A stretch of DNA of 64,000 nt from Trichosphaerium sp. ATCC 40318 (Eukaryota; Protista; Tubulinea): contig JALMLS010000255.1 of NCBI GenBank assembly GCA_038496445.1, positions 578,679 to 642,678 on the forward strand, read 5' to 3'. Within the stretch, counting starts at the first letter, position 1. Each line of letters starts with the position of its first letter. Under the pieces are notes generated by a model. The model was not told where the DNA came from and searched no databases. It saw only the letters and a list, made by a program, of their open reading frames with translations. Of the stretch, positions 41,701 to 55,549 are shown in pieces. A program made the translations under genes and the position numbers.

Positions 41701-41854
41701 AATAGCTATATTATCAAAGCGTATAACTGGAACTCCTGAGTCTCTAAGCACACCAAGTATAGACAATCAAATAAGTCAAATGGAATCGAAGAATCTTACA
41801 CAACTTGAGACCCAACTAGAATTTTTACAGAAGGAGTTAGCAAAAATAAAATAA
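38711..41854 (+). CDS. Class C (GABA-B/Grl-like) GPCR with periplasmic-binding-protein-type ectodomain
   Basis: GGLLVNGK, DFLFGP.GS and VYPMPTWEER; TM motifs SSPVF, LFAKSWRVYRIF, IRKVP..FCEKK.ICYSIYN. Start is approximate. Confidence 0.82.
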
Positions 41855-42237
41855 AATCAAAAGACGCCATTATAACACATTAATAAACCACTGTTTCTTT
41901 GTATACGTTTTCTCAACTTAAATGAAACATTGCTCTAACTGGGCCTTTGTGAGGAAAACAATACGCAATCAAAAACTGCACAACTGTGTTTTTGTGTTGT
42001 CATCAAAAATGACACTTAAGAACGCGTCTAAACTACAATTTATGTTTCCGGACAAGTCCGAAGGATAAACAGTTTTTCCCGAATACCTAATCTCCTGACA
42101 TTTAGTTGTTTCGATTCCCTTATTTAGTTAACACTGTAGTGAAGCCAAGTATTGAGCCCGATCTGGCCATTGACGATGTCATGTGATTGATTTTATAGTG
42201 CTAAAAAAAATACTATTTTTAAAGAAACATCTTGTCT

Positions 42238-45200
42238 ATGCCGCATCTACCGGTTTTATTTACACTAATAGCACTCTTGGGTGCCGTTTGCGGTACACTA
42301 CGATATTTATCTCCTACAGGTACAAAACCAAGACTCATATTACGTCGAATGACTCTTTTTTACAGGCGCTGATACTGGGGCGTGTACAGACGAAAACGTG
42401 CCATGCAGTTCTCTCGATTACGCGTTATTTTCTGCTTCGTCGCCGGGAGACGTGTTAATAATGGCGTCTGGAACCTATACAGGCACGTTTTTTACATTCT
42501 TGAGTCCAAAAAAACCAGAAAGGGCAAATACCTAATTTCGATTTCCAGGACAATCAAACACGAATATACAATGGCAACAAGGCCTTTACGACATTGAGAT
42601 TAGAGGTACGATTTCGTTAATTTATACGTCGGCTAGCATTTAATAATGTGTATAAAAGGTTCGATCACGGGAGAGACCGTGATAGACGGGGAGAACATTA
42701 ATTTCATGTTTTTCGTACCTAGCTGTAGTTCACCTTTTGCGCCGTACACGCAGTTTCTCAAGTTCTCGTTCATTACATTTACACGTGGCGCATGTGTTCA
42801 AAACTATCTCGTAACAACCACTGTACGTAACTAATAATATCCGAAAATACTGTTTATTGATTTGAACTAACATTTTTGATTAGTCTAATGGAACTGAAAC
42901 AGTGCGTTTTGCTCAGCGAGCTGAGCTTGAAATTTAAGTTTATAATTTTGTTTTAGCTTGAACGGGGAGCATCTGTACTATATGCAAACGAAGACTGTGG
43001 GATTTCATTTGAGCACGTGATTTAAAACGATAGAAATGCCGTTTGTCTGGAAAATAATTATTGTTTAGAGACTGTTCGTTCATATCAAACTCTTGCGGTG
43101 ACGTTTCATATGAAGGCGAAGAAGCTTCGCTCTATGGTGTATTAAGTGTAGAGGATTCACATTTAAACCTCACAAGGTAAATATTGTCTCACCAGAGCGA
43201 TTAACCGCTACGATATTTATCATCAACGCATTTTGCTATGAAAACGTCCACATGCTTACTATATTGTAGAGTTACTTTCAGAGACAATAATGTGTTACCA
43301 GTATTTGGTCGTGGTGTACTTCGAATGTCTAACGCTCGCGTTCATTTGATTGATTGCGTATTCGATAATAATAGAGTTTCTGGCACAGGTACTCTTGTAC
43401 AATTGTAGGAGCAACAAGTTTGCTAACAACACAATAGGTGTTGTATACGGTGAAAAGAACATTGATCTTTCCGTGGACAGATGCGTATTTCAAAAAGGAA
43501 GCGCCCAACAAGGATCCGCTATATGTACAGATATGATATTTATGTTAGAATTACTAAGCAACTTAGATTTGGATGGTGACTCTGAGACAATAGCAAACGT
43601 AGTTGTTACTGCTTCTCATTTTGACGCGAACAAAGCAGTAACGGAAGGAGGTATGAAACGAATCAAAGAAACAGCGGTCTAGAATACTAATTAATTACAA
43701 AGCTATATACCTATCAAAAGTAGATGGAGGCTATATTTCTGATTCAAACTTTATGTGCGCTTCTTCTGTGACATGGGCAAAACATTACACAGCCTGAGTT
43801 CCGAGTGACGTATGTTTACTTACCTTATGCATAGGAAAAATTTAAACACGTCCATATATCTCAAAGAAAGCAAAGATATAGTAATAGACGCCAATATATT
43901 TGATAATAACAATGCAAGTGCTTGTGGTACTGGTCTTTTTTATGATGGTGACAACGAGAATATGGTATTGACAAACTCGATATTCGTAAATAGCCATGCA
44001 CCTCGTGGTTCTGGTGTTTACCTTCGTAATAAGAATTACAACTTTACAATGAAACACTTGTACTTTAGAAACAACGATGCACCAATAGCTGGTAAGGTCG
44101 AGCCTGTTGTGTTTAATCTCACATTTTATTTCAGGAACGTTTTACATACGAGGACTGCAAGGAGGTGTTGTAGAGAACATAACAATAAGGTACAAACTCA
44201 TTTTACATAACTAAATCTTGTTTCTGTTTGAAGATTAGAATAATATTTCTCTTTCACGTGTTCACTATTGTTTATAGGGAAAATACTCAAAAGTACTGCG
44301 CATTGTTTATAGATCAAAGTGAAAACCTTGTAGTAAAGGATATCCTACTACATAGTAACAATGCTACAAGTGAGGGCGGTGGTTTGTACATTGAGTACTT
44401 AGTTAAAAATGTTTCTTTTGAGAATATCAAATTCATAAACAACCGTGCTACTGAAGGCGGCGGTTTGTATTTCTATGGTGATAATACCAATATTTCATTT
44501 CGTAACATGTACTTTTCTGGAAACGTAGCAGAAAGAAGTGGTGGTACGTCAACGAAGTTGCATTCACGCAGAAAACGTAAGCCTCATTCTAACTGACTTA
44601 GGTGCTGTTTTTGTGAACCATGACAACAATTACGTTTCATTCGAAGATTGTATATTCGAAGACAACTCCGCTTCAATATCTGCAGGTGCAGTACTTTTTG
44701 GAGGAACAAACATATATCCAGTTCTTCGCAATTGCACATTTATTAGAAACAAATCAGGAACAATTGTAAGCTTATTCCCTTTGTTCTTCTTCGAAGTACT
44801 GACTATGATTAGGGAGGCGCTGTACAGTTTAATGACAACGATCATGCAATCATTGAAGATTGTGTTTTCATTAATAATACTGCTTCTGTTTCAGGTGGTG
44901 CTATTGCTTTAGCTACAGAAAATAATGCAACAATACAAAATTGTGATTTTCAAGGAAACAGTGCTGAAAACGGAGGTGCTATCTTCATTGTAGGGAACAC
45001 TATCAAGGACTGTTCTTTCAAGTCAAACCGAAACTATGGTAACTAGTTATCTAGTATTTTGTATTGTAGCTAACTATGATTATAGACATCAGTAGTGCTG
45101 AAGCTGATGATTTTTCTGAAATTATTCTTCTATCGTCTACGTTTGAAGATTCATCTCCTGCGGAAATTAATGGATTCTTCCCTAAGGGCAATAGAGGTTC

Positions 45201-47522
45201 GGTTTCTCTTTGGTTTAAGGTCTATGTATAACACACTTAAGGAATTAACTACACACATTTGGAAGTTCCATCAACTGGAGTTTGGGATGTACTCGATACC
45301 TTGGAAGTATCAGCATTTACAATGTCCCATGGTAGTGTTAACGTGAATCAATCTGGTTCTATTGTTGTAACTACAAGCGCTATTTTTGGTGGAGGATATC
45401 TCATAGTAAGTCTTATTATATCTCCTTGATACCTAACTTACTTACAAAAAGGGAGATGTCAATGAAGGTGATTCACAATTGATTCTTGGACAATCTTCTA
45501 ACAACCTAATTGCCCTTGGTCAACTACAACTCACTGACATTACTATTAAAAACAACGGTATGCCAAGTGAGATAATACGTACCTCGTCTAATCTTTAATT
45601 CAGGTAACTTACATATTGCTACAACTAATCGATTCACTCTGGTAATGGAGAACACTCACATCAAGAACAACATTGGTTCATCATTAGTAGCAAATGATGG
45701 TTTAATTGTACTTGGGATAGGCAGTAGCGTAACTTTTGAGAATGCTACGTTAGTTATTGTGGTAAGTATTCATCAGCAAATCCTTATCTGTAACTTCATC
45801 TTACGTTTAAAACAAAAGGGAGAAGTTCATGTCGTAACACTTTTTGAGTTTGAAGAAGAAAGTCAAGTACAAATGACACTTGGTCAATCATATATTGATT
45901 GGACTCATGTTCCTGCTTTCAATAGTGAGTATAAATACGTAAGTTTCGAATGCTAACACTTGTGTAGGTGCATATTTAAACATCTCTGTACCAAAAGAGT
46001 TGCAACTAAAAGTGGGAGAGATTTTCCCAATAATGCACTTCTTTAACCAATCATCGTCATGGCGCTTCTCATCAGCTTTTTACAAAATAAGTATAACATA
46101 TTCAAATGGCTCTCCAGTACCGTTTAAAATAGTTTTTGAAGATACAATTGCAAAGGTTGTTATCACAGATAAGACAAGAACACAAAGACCTTGGAGCGAA
46201 TGGGATGATATCTCAACAATAATTGTACTCTTCTTAGTATGCATCGGACTGTTGGCAACTATAATAACAACAATAATGATTATAATCCATTGGTATGTAG
46301 CCCTCAAAGCTATGATTTTGTGTTAAATATTTTAGGAAAACAACGGCTATAGTGGCATCAACGAAGGAGTTTTTACTTATAATTCTTTTTGGTATTGCAC
46401 TTTCATTTTTGGGTGCTCTGGCATGGTACGTTAGGGCAACCCTAAGGTTTTTGAAGGTATGGATTTATTAAAAGTATTATTTAGGATTGCTCCGGTATCG
46501 AACGTGTTCTGTGAGTTGAGAGTTTGGTTACCATTGTTGGGACTTATTGTTACTTTTGCGTACATACAAATATCTCATTTTATACTTAGTTTACTCACTA
46601 TGTTTAGACCTCTTCTCTCCAAGACATACAGAATCAAGCGAGTGTTTGATCGTAGTAATAATTCAGTTTCAGTCATATCATTTTCGAAGCTCACGCAGAT
46701 AACTCTTGTTCCAATCTTAATCCAGCTTGTATCCTACTTATTTTAAATTTCATTCATCTTGTGAACCTAGTTTCTTTCACTTTGAAGATGATCTTAATAG
46801 TTTGGACTGCTACATCACGTAACGTTATAGAATTAACAATAGACCCGAATGATGATGACTTCACATTGCGAAAGTGCACCAGCAAACATGGTCAAGTTTT
46901 TTTGATTCTAACTATCGCCTACAACGTACGCTGCACATGCGGTTTCTCCTTGTCTGTGATTCATTCTGTTCACAGGGAATTCTTCTTCTGACAGGCGCAT
47001 ACTTTGCCTTCGCTGTAAGAAATGTACCAAGTACATACAATGAGTCCAGATGGATGGCTGCCATCATTTACAACGATTTAATGTGGGCTACTTTATTGAT
47101 GATTTTTGGGTTTACGGTAACGTCAGTGTCTTCTCTTAAAACTACAAGTATTGTGGTGTCTCTTGGTATATGGGTGATTGCATCAGGTGAGCGACATGCC
47201 TAATCAATAAGACTCACGCAGATAATTATAGTGACACTTGGCATGATGTTTATTCCAAAGCTGTGGCTTGCTTACACTCAAAGCGAAACTGAGGTATCTT
47301 TCGTGTACGTGTGATTGTACCTGTAAGCTTGCTATTATTAACATGAGTAGTACAAGAGGAACCAAATCGAGTGTGACAGTTAGAAAAGCCAACATTACTT
47401 CCACTAGAGACCCAAGCTCCAACGTTGATGTACTGAAGCAACAGCTTAAAGAAGCACGGGAAGCTCACGAAAAAACAAAAGCGAAACTTGCTGCACTGTT
47501 AGCCAAGGAAGAGAGCTCGTAG
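42238..47522 (+). CDS. Class C GPCR with large parallel beta-helix (Pmp/pectin-lyase-like) ectodomain
   Basis: Signal peptide, PCSSL..AL, GTYTG, many FxNNxAxxGG(A/G)(I/L/V) repeats; TM motifs LLSKTYRIKRVF and VRNVPSTYNESR, FIPK. Confidence 0.85.
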
Positions 47523-47665
47523 TCACTTAAATAAAATTGCATCAATAAAGAATACATGTAGAAATCCTCAACCGACAGTTGTGTAATTTATAAATCTTCA
47601 TTCGCATAAACAGGCTATCACCTGGTCAAACTGATTCCCGACGTCTCGTTTTAAAAGCTAGCCAA

Positions 47666-49532
47666 ATGGAGACAGAATCGGACAGTTCCTCTTCAAATGG
47701 CTTTCATCAAAACTCTCCTTTGATTACAGATGTACAAGAAACAGAAATTACGCGTAAAGGCGCTGGCATACCCAGTTCCGTGTTCAATCTTGTCAATACC
47801 ATAATTGGCGGTGGTATTTTGGCACTACCGTATAGTTTCCGTATTGCTGGCATTGGATTATCACTAATAACATTATTTATCATCGCCTTAATGGTCATCT
47901 ATAGCGCTAGGGTTATAATAGCGTGCGCACGGCCTCCAATATCAGGTGGTACGTTAAAAAAAAATTGTCACGTGACTTTTCTTTTCTGCACGTGGTTTGA
48001 CTTTACAAAAAAAGGTTGCTCCTATCGTGAGATTGCACGTTCTAGTTTCGGATTTACTGGAGAGTTGATTGTGAGTGCTTAGGTTTAAGTAGTTTTAAGT
48101 CATTTGAAGGAGTTAAGATATGCGGTTTAGGCTGATTTGTCAATTTTTTTTTTTTGCTTTGGTGCTCTTATTGGCTATATTATCATTCTAGGTGCGTTGT
48201 TTTTTGTATTTTAAGCTGATTAAAGTATGAAGGCGATGTACTTACGCCATTACTTGCATGGGGCAATTTTCACGTGGATGCAAGGTATGTGTTTTTAGTT
48301 TTTTAAGGTAACTTATTGTTTTTGTTGAACAACAGGTGGGTTCAGGCAATTCTTTGTGTATTTGTACTATTTCCTTTGTGTAATTTACGGCGTATACAAT
48401 CCCTATGGTTTGCCTCACTTGTATGATTTCCGAGATGATCAAGAGCAACTTTTCAATTCTGTTTAGGCTGCTCTCTTTTGTATTGCTTTTTTGGTGTTTG
48501 GTATTATACTAAAATTTGCTCTTCTAGTTAAAGACGAAGGTAGCGTTTCCTATTAACCCGTTGTAACAAACTATTTTATCTTTGCTAATCATTTGTGACA
48601 AGGATTCGATGAATCAAGGATTGTATATTTCTCATGGTCTATTGATACCTTTACAGCAGTTTCAATATTTATTTTCGCTTATGGATTTCATCCAAATATT
48701 TTCCCTGTCTGGAATGAAATGACTGATTACACTGGAACTTCTATCAACATATCAGTAAGAAAGAAAATAGCGTAACCATGTCCTTTTGACTGTAGATAGA
48801 TAGCTTTATCAGTAATGATTTGTTTCACAACGTACACCCTAGTCGCTACATTTGGATATCTTCAATTTTTTGAAGAAACTGATGGTACTTAACATAAATT
48901 GTAAACCAGTCAATAATATTCTTTGTAGATGTCATTCTCGTCAATTTTGCTCAAGACGACACGTTTTTTAATATAGTCAAGCTAGCTTATTCTGGTATCG
49001 TTATACTATCTTATCCGATAGTTTGTTTTCCAACGAAGTACGAAGAACTTTGAAGGTAACTGTGTTGTAACCTAAGTACATAGGAGAATTGTGGACAGAC
49101 TTATTTTTCCAAAAGATCAACCGCCAACACCACTGAGGACATTCATAGAGGCATCATGCATTCTAATATCTACGTACATATTAGCAATAGTAGTACCAGA
49201 TATAAGTGTAGTATTTGGGTTCACTGGAGCAACAGTAAGTCGCATTCTTGAGCTAAAGTTTTGTTATGTTTTTAAACCACCTTTCGTAGGCTGGCACCTT
49301 GATTGTGTTTATCCTACCTGCTCTTTTTTATGTAGTGTTACTTCCTCCAGCGTAAGGATACCTAATAGGCTTATAAAGATATTTGACACTATCATAGGAG
49401 AAGCGATATTGCTGGAATTCAACGGCTATTATCGCCATACCATAAAAAAATACCAGCAATGCTATTAATTCTTGTGTCAGGAATATTGGGATGCATATCC
49501 GTAGTCAGCGCAATAAGAGGTGTAATCAATTA
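47666..49532 (+). CDS. SLC38/AVT-like amino acid transporter
   Basis: SSVFNLVNTIIGGGILALPYSF, FAYGFHPN, FGYLQF and VFGFTGAT. Confidence 0.92.
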
Positions 49533-49693
49533 GCAATCTACGAATACAAATATTTTATTGCCTAGAGCAGTCAAGTTGTCAGCCAAAAAACTCCGCCATC
49601 AAAAGCGCGAGAAAAAACCAAAGTACTTAGTTTATTGTATGCGTTACGTTCAAATGTGTGGCTTCTAGAAATCATTCAAATGATTTAATGTGT

Positions 49694-51328
49694 CTAAGAA
49701 TGTCGTGGCTTTGCCATAAGAAGGTTGTACAAAGCGTTGCTAGCACTTTCTCTGCGTTCTCTTTCAGATTCTTGGTATGCTGTATTTATAGCCATCATCC
49801 ACTCTCTTTCTCCTCTGAAATACCTAGATATCAATGATTAATGAGAACAGTATGACATGTATCGTACGGTTTTTCTTTATCAGGTGCAGTAACATACGAA
49901 TCAGACCAAAGATGGAAACTCACTTTAGGTGTTTTTTTCCCTTCGAAATCAAACATGTCAAGTTTTAAGTAAGGAAAGTTCCTCAGTTTTTCTTTCCTAC
50001 TGCACCCCAAGAACTTTATATATAATAGAGGTAGAACCATTTTTCGGGGTTTTTCATCATCTTTCTAATCGGAATTAGCAAGGAAAGAATACAAGCTTTG
50101 ATACACAAAATTGAACAGTCAATATTAAATGCTTACACATGGCCATTCTATTGTTAGCTCTTTCTTTGTTAGAACCATCCAAACTCTATGAGGCTCTTTA
50201 GGTGTTCCTGGTGTAAACCCTTTGAACAAGCTTAGTGGAGGAAGGAACTAACACAACAAAAAAAATTACCTTGTTGAATCCATGCTTTTCCTTCTGCCTC
50301 TGATTTAGGCTCTGCGCCAGGTATTTCTGAAACTGTCATAAACCCACAATATCTTAGGTCTTTTGGCTATATAAAAAAAAGAAGAAAAGTAAGATAACAT
50401 GTCATGTGTCAACCAAAAATAAAGTTGTTTGATTATCACTTACCAAGGACTTAATCCTTTTGAGTATCTCTATACACTCCTTAACTTGGCGCTTAATTTT
50501 GTCTTTATGCGGATTTTCCGATTTATCCAGCATCTTATCCAAGTACTCCTTCCACTTCTGTATGAGTGCGATTAAAACATCCTTAAACAAAACTTCAGAA
50601 TCACCGAAGAAATAAATAACAGTCAGAGTGCACTCTTTACTGACTAGTCATAATCACGTGCCTGGCTTTTTTGAGAAGCTTCATCACTTATTGTATTGAA
50701 ACTAGATATAGAACCCACTATACGCTCATACGCTTGACCGAATACAGTGTCAACTAAATGTTCACTGCATCCTGTCATTTGTGATGCGCAGTAGTTAAAC
50801 GTTGAACTAGCCCAGTCTAAACTATAAGCTGCGAGCATAAGCTGTTCTTTTGATGGCTTGCTATCGCCCTAACAAAAAACAAAAAGAATTAAGAGAACAG
50901 CAAGCCACATAATGCTCTGCGTTAACAACTTTTTTTTTTGGATATCTAAAGGGTACGTTCTGGTTGAAAAAGCTGTAAATCATTACGTACCTCTGGTAGC
51001 CGCCCATTATTATGTTGTAACGCCATAGCTCGTCTCATAAGCGAATTCGCGTAAGATGGCTGTAAAGCTTTTTCCAACTGTCCCATTTGAATGCTAGCCA
51101 GTATACGTGCGTCTTCGAGCTCATCAAGCGTATCTGGATGTCGTTATTTGAAAAGCTAACGGCAGAACTATTAAAACGCATGCCTTTTTCTTCCTTCGTG
51201 CATAACTCTAAGCATCGTACGAATCCTTCACTTGTGAAGAAATTACCTTCCGTTTTGGCAACTTTAAGAGTATCCTGTTGTTTAGGCTTTGCTTCTGTTC
51301 CTTCAGTCACAGAATCTTTGGTCTCCAT
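49694..51328 (-). CDS. Hypothetical helical protein
   Basis: Consistent spliced open exons from METKDS to ..MAKPRHS*; no recognisable motif. Confidence 0.6.
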
Positions 51329-51749
51329 TTGCAGAGGATTATTTAGCCGATTATGTTAAGTGGGAATAAGAGGTTGAAAGTATTTTTGTGATGTTCACTT
51401 TGGCTGTGTAGTGTTTGCTTGCAAAGAAGACTTTGGAAATAGTGATGTTCAGTAGGAAAAAGGCAACACATGAGATGTCACGTGAATGGTATTGTTTTAC
51501 GCTTGGAGGCATTTACTGGTTCCTATATTGCTACTGTTAGCGTGAATGTGAAAATATCTTGCCATGGTTTCGAGGTTTATCTGTTTAAATTCAAGGAGAA
51601 CAATATTATCCTCACTAGAGGTGATTACTTGCACTCATTGAGAAATGATGTACGGACTTAAGGAAACTTTTTTTTTTAGAGTTGGAGCCTTTTGAACCCA
51701 ACGCTTACTTTGAAATGCCTACTATATTTACACCAATTACAGTAACGTT

Positions 51750-52450
51750 CTTGTAGGAAAGACCGTTTCTCCGATTTCAGTCAGAGCAGCAACAACTTCT
51801 TGATCTCCTTGAGGGAGGTGATAAATCTCGAGTTGTTGTTCTGTCTTCTATTGCACACATACTGATAGTACGTTTGTTGAGACTATCACGTTTTATAAAT
51901 GTTGAAACTATATTTGCTTAATGCGCTGGCTATTTAGATGGTAGTAAAGACCTTAAATTAGACGACATCAATAGGGAGAAAAGAAACTATGGTCCATTTA
52001 CAGCTTACAATGCAAATAAACTTGCAAACATTTTGTTTGGCAAAGACTTCAATGACTACTCTGAAAAGGATTCTGAAGTTACCGTCCACTGCGTTCACCC
52101 AGGGATAGCCAAAACTAATCTCATGCGTCATCAATCGTGAATGTCTTCGCACCTGCTTTGTATGTTATCTAAAAAATAAAAACAGCACCACAGGTAAGCA
52201 CGACAAACCCTAAGCCTTTCTGCTTAACTTCTATTTAAGAGTGCTGCTACAAGCATGCATTGTGCTCCTAGAACCTAGCCTACAACATAAACCTGGTAGA
52301 TACTATAGTAACTTGAAGGTATGTCGCATTGGATGCTTGAATGTACCTTCTAACTAAATACACCTATAAGTTGCATGTCACTTCGTCCACATAAGATTGT
52401 GTAAAGCAGAAAAGCATCTAGCCTTCTTGAACTCTAGCATGCCTAACTTG
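51750..52450 (+). pseudogene. Degraded duplicate of the SDR gene at 56099-57345
   Basis: Near-identical segments (cttcttgatctccttga..ggtgataaatctcgagttgttgttctgtcttct; tagaacctagcctacaaca..aacctggtagatacta). Has frameshifts and stops, and the 5' exons are deleted. Confidence 0.85.
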
Positions 52451-52586
52451 ATAAGTAGGAACGCTTACTACAGGTCCCGTTTCGCTGCAATCATTTGCAA
52501 AGACTGAAAGGCAGCTGAAAATAGAGTTATCGAATCATATGTACTTGCAACAAGGTTACTCAGGTATTATTCGTTGCAAAAATAAT

Positions 52587-52659
52587 TGAATCCGTGGGGA
52601 GTCGAACCCTCAATCTCGAGAGCGGAAGTCTCATGTGTTACCATTGACACTACGGAGAC
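52587..52659 (-). tRNA. tRNA-like gene, anticodon TCC (nominal Gly), aberrant or pseudo
   Basis: GTCTCCG TA GTGT CAATGGTA ACAC A TGAGA CTTCCGC TCTCG AGATT GAGGG TTCGACT CCCCA CGGATTC A. A- and B-boxes present; D and anticodon stems pair; acceptor and T stems have mismatches. Confidence 0.6.
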
Positions 52660-53048
52660 ATTATTATCATCAACCTGATTGTAAGTAAACTGTAAATACA
52701 ACTGAATATCTATCTATCGTTTGCTAATAGTGTACAAGCAAGATTGTAGCACTGCGTAATTACAAAATCTGCAAGGCTGTATCTCCGATATACAATCCAG
52801 CAGAACTCTTCAAAATGAAAAAGACATGAAATAACAGATGTTTTCCTCAATGCTAACATAATTTACATGCAAACGGACTGCAGTTACAAGTACTACGACA
52901 TCTACTTAACACAAATGCGTAGCAATAAGTGAATCGTAAATATAGTTCGACGTTTAACAAAATCAAATTGTTAAAGATTTCAGTGAATAATTGTCGGAGT
53001 TAATGTCTTTTGATCTACAAAGTCGACTAAATCCACAATTATCCAACA

Positions 53049-55549
53049 ATGAGAAGAAACAAATCAATCCGTGTTGAGATTATCGCCATATCTATATTAA
53101 TCGCATACATAACACCAGTATCAGCTGTAATCGATGGTAACTATTTGATCCATTCAACAACAGAAAACGATGGCTTTCACGTTAGAAACCTAACTGTACC
53201 TTCACAGATTATAAGAAGTACGTATCTTCTACAAAAAGCTTTTTGTTTTTGCAGTACATTATCCCAAACACAACCGCGGTTTTTTGAAAGTTCTAACCCC
53301 TTTGTAGCATGTAGAAACTCTAATATTACAGCTGTTGCACAAGCTATTGCAGCTTTTGGAGATAATATAATTTATTTTGCTAGTGGAGGTCAAATTCACT
53401 TTATGAATCCTCAAGATTGCTCATACGTGCGTGATTTACTACTTCGCTGCAACTTGAAGTATAGATAAATAGAAAACACTTTTCGTCACCTCTTTTACAG
53501 TAGAACGCTATTTCTACGCCAGGAAAATGGAAACGTCAACATTACACCTTTTTCTGAAACTAAAATTCAACACCAGTTCAAATTCAGGGAAAGCACTCGC
53601 TGTTTTCTTTTTACTGAAAGAATACTAGTCAGAACAAGGGTTTCTTTTGTCTATTTTGAACTGTGGTGGTTCGATGTCTCTTGTCTTTCTTGTTTTTTTT
53701 GAACCACTACAGTTCAACATCTTTGACAAAAGAAATGTTTGTGTGAGAATTCCGAGAAACTAAGTTGTATTACTTATTTGTTTGGCCTGAACTTTATGGT
53801 TTACTTACGAGTTATTGATAGATTAAGACCTGTTTTGGCAATATAAACGGTGTCTCAGAAACTCCAGTTTTTGGAGAATTTATTACGTCTGTACAGACTA
53901 ACATCTTTACTTTCAATGCTGAAACTTGCTCTTTTACTACGGAATGTAGCACTTTTGTAGGTGGCACTTCAAGTACGTAACCTCTTTTTCTACGCGGATA
54001 CACTCATGACTGTTTTGATTGTCACTCTCATCATTATGCCAAATACAACCAAAGTCCATAATTAGATAATTCTGGGTTTTTTTTTGGTATTGAAAGCGAA
54101 ATTTGTATCAAGACTTAGACTTTTTTGCGCTTTTCGTACTATCTATTACCTACCAAAGCTTATCAACAAAAAGAAAATTTATTTGTTTTACCTCTAACTA
54201 TAATCTCCTTCTTTATTAACCATACTAGTGGAACTTATAAACGGTTACATCTATACAACAAGATCTGGGCCAATATTATTCAGGTATCAGCACACTACGG
54301 ACTACTGCACAAGAAACGCAAATGAAGTAATTGACATACCTGAGGTCTCTTTAGGTACATAATCGTTCTTATTCTTCATTTTTCTAAGAACTGCTTAGGA
54401 TCTGCACAAATATCCGCAACACAGTTACTTCTCCTTGCTCCAGACGGAACGTTGAGAGTTCAGAATCTAACCAACTACGTTGATAACAGTGCTGAAATTT
54501 GGGGAGAGTTATCAGCCGGTAGTTGGGGTCTCACAGTTGTGCCTTCTCTAATGAACGGGCCTCCTGTAACTCTAGCTCCTATACCGCCTCCTTCTACTGC
54601 TGCTCCTACAACAGCTCCACCACCAACTACGCTACCTCCAACAACACTACCCCCAACGACTCTACCTCCAACAACATTGCCACCAACAACATTGCCACCC
54701 ACAACATTACCTCCAACAACTCTACCGCCAGCGAAAAACCCAACCACGCAGCCCCCAACAAATCCACCAACAACAAGACCACCTACTACTCTGGCACCAA
54801 CTACTCTTCCACCAACAACTGCTCCTCCTATAACAGCATCGCCAACAGAACCTCAGCCTCCAACAACTGCTACACCAACGCAACCTCCAACAACTGCTCC
54901 TCCTACAACAACCCAACCAACAACTCAGATGGCACCAACTACTCTGCCGCCAACAACCACACCTACTACAGCACCGCCAACAGAACCTCAAACAACCCAG
55001 TCTCCAACAACTACACCAACACAGTCATCAACAACTACTACAACAGCACCTCCCGTGACCAATGTTAGTACTTCTCCAACTATTTCTCCTACAGTCGCAG
55101 CATCAGTGAATGTAACTATAGAGTTCATTGTATCACGTGCACTTACACAAACAGAAATAGAAGAAATTGCTTCTGCTTTACAAACAGTTCTTCACCTCCA
55201 ACTGTTGTACAGCGCGTTACAAAAAGAAGTACAGAACAACAGATTATATACGATGTTACTTTCGACTCACAAGACTCATCTAAAGTTATAACATTTGTAG
55301 AACGTTCAGACTCAACTACAGTACTCGCTACAGAAATAAACATACCAACACTACAAGTGGTACGCAGCAAACATCTTTTTTTTTTTGTTGTCATTTGTAT
55401 GTTGTCTAACTCTTTTACAGTTGAGCCTTAATACTGTCAATACAAATCCAACGTCCGAGCCCACAAGTCAATCCAATACAAGTAGAGGTAGTGTGTTATT
55501 TTCTGGTACAATAGCTAGTGTTGTTATTGCTTTAATAGCAGTACTATAA
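53049..55549 (+). CDS. Secreted or GPI-anchored mucin-like surface protein with Pro/Thr stalk
   Basis: Signal peptide, Cys-containing N-terminal region, PPTTL repeats and hydrophobic C-terminus; apparent 1-nt frameshift near 55190. Confidence 0.75.
54590..55060 (+). repeat. Coding tandem repeat, 15-nt PPTT(L/A) units degenerating into a P/T/Q-rich tract
   Basis: About 8 near-perfect ccN ccN acN acN ytN units at ~54605-54730. Confidence 0.9.

Noticed and set aside
54475-55068. Alternative-frame and antisense ORFs, or a CRISPR-like array, in the P/T repeat
   Set aside because: By-products of a coding 15-nt tandem repeat; there are no unique spacers.
55185-55195. Programmed frameshifts in the mucin gene (~55190), GST (~18240) and LRR gene (~63988)
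   Set aside because: Each is fixed by one base in a short homopolymer and has no canonical slippery heptamer or shared stimulator; assembly indels are more parsimonious.
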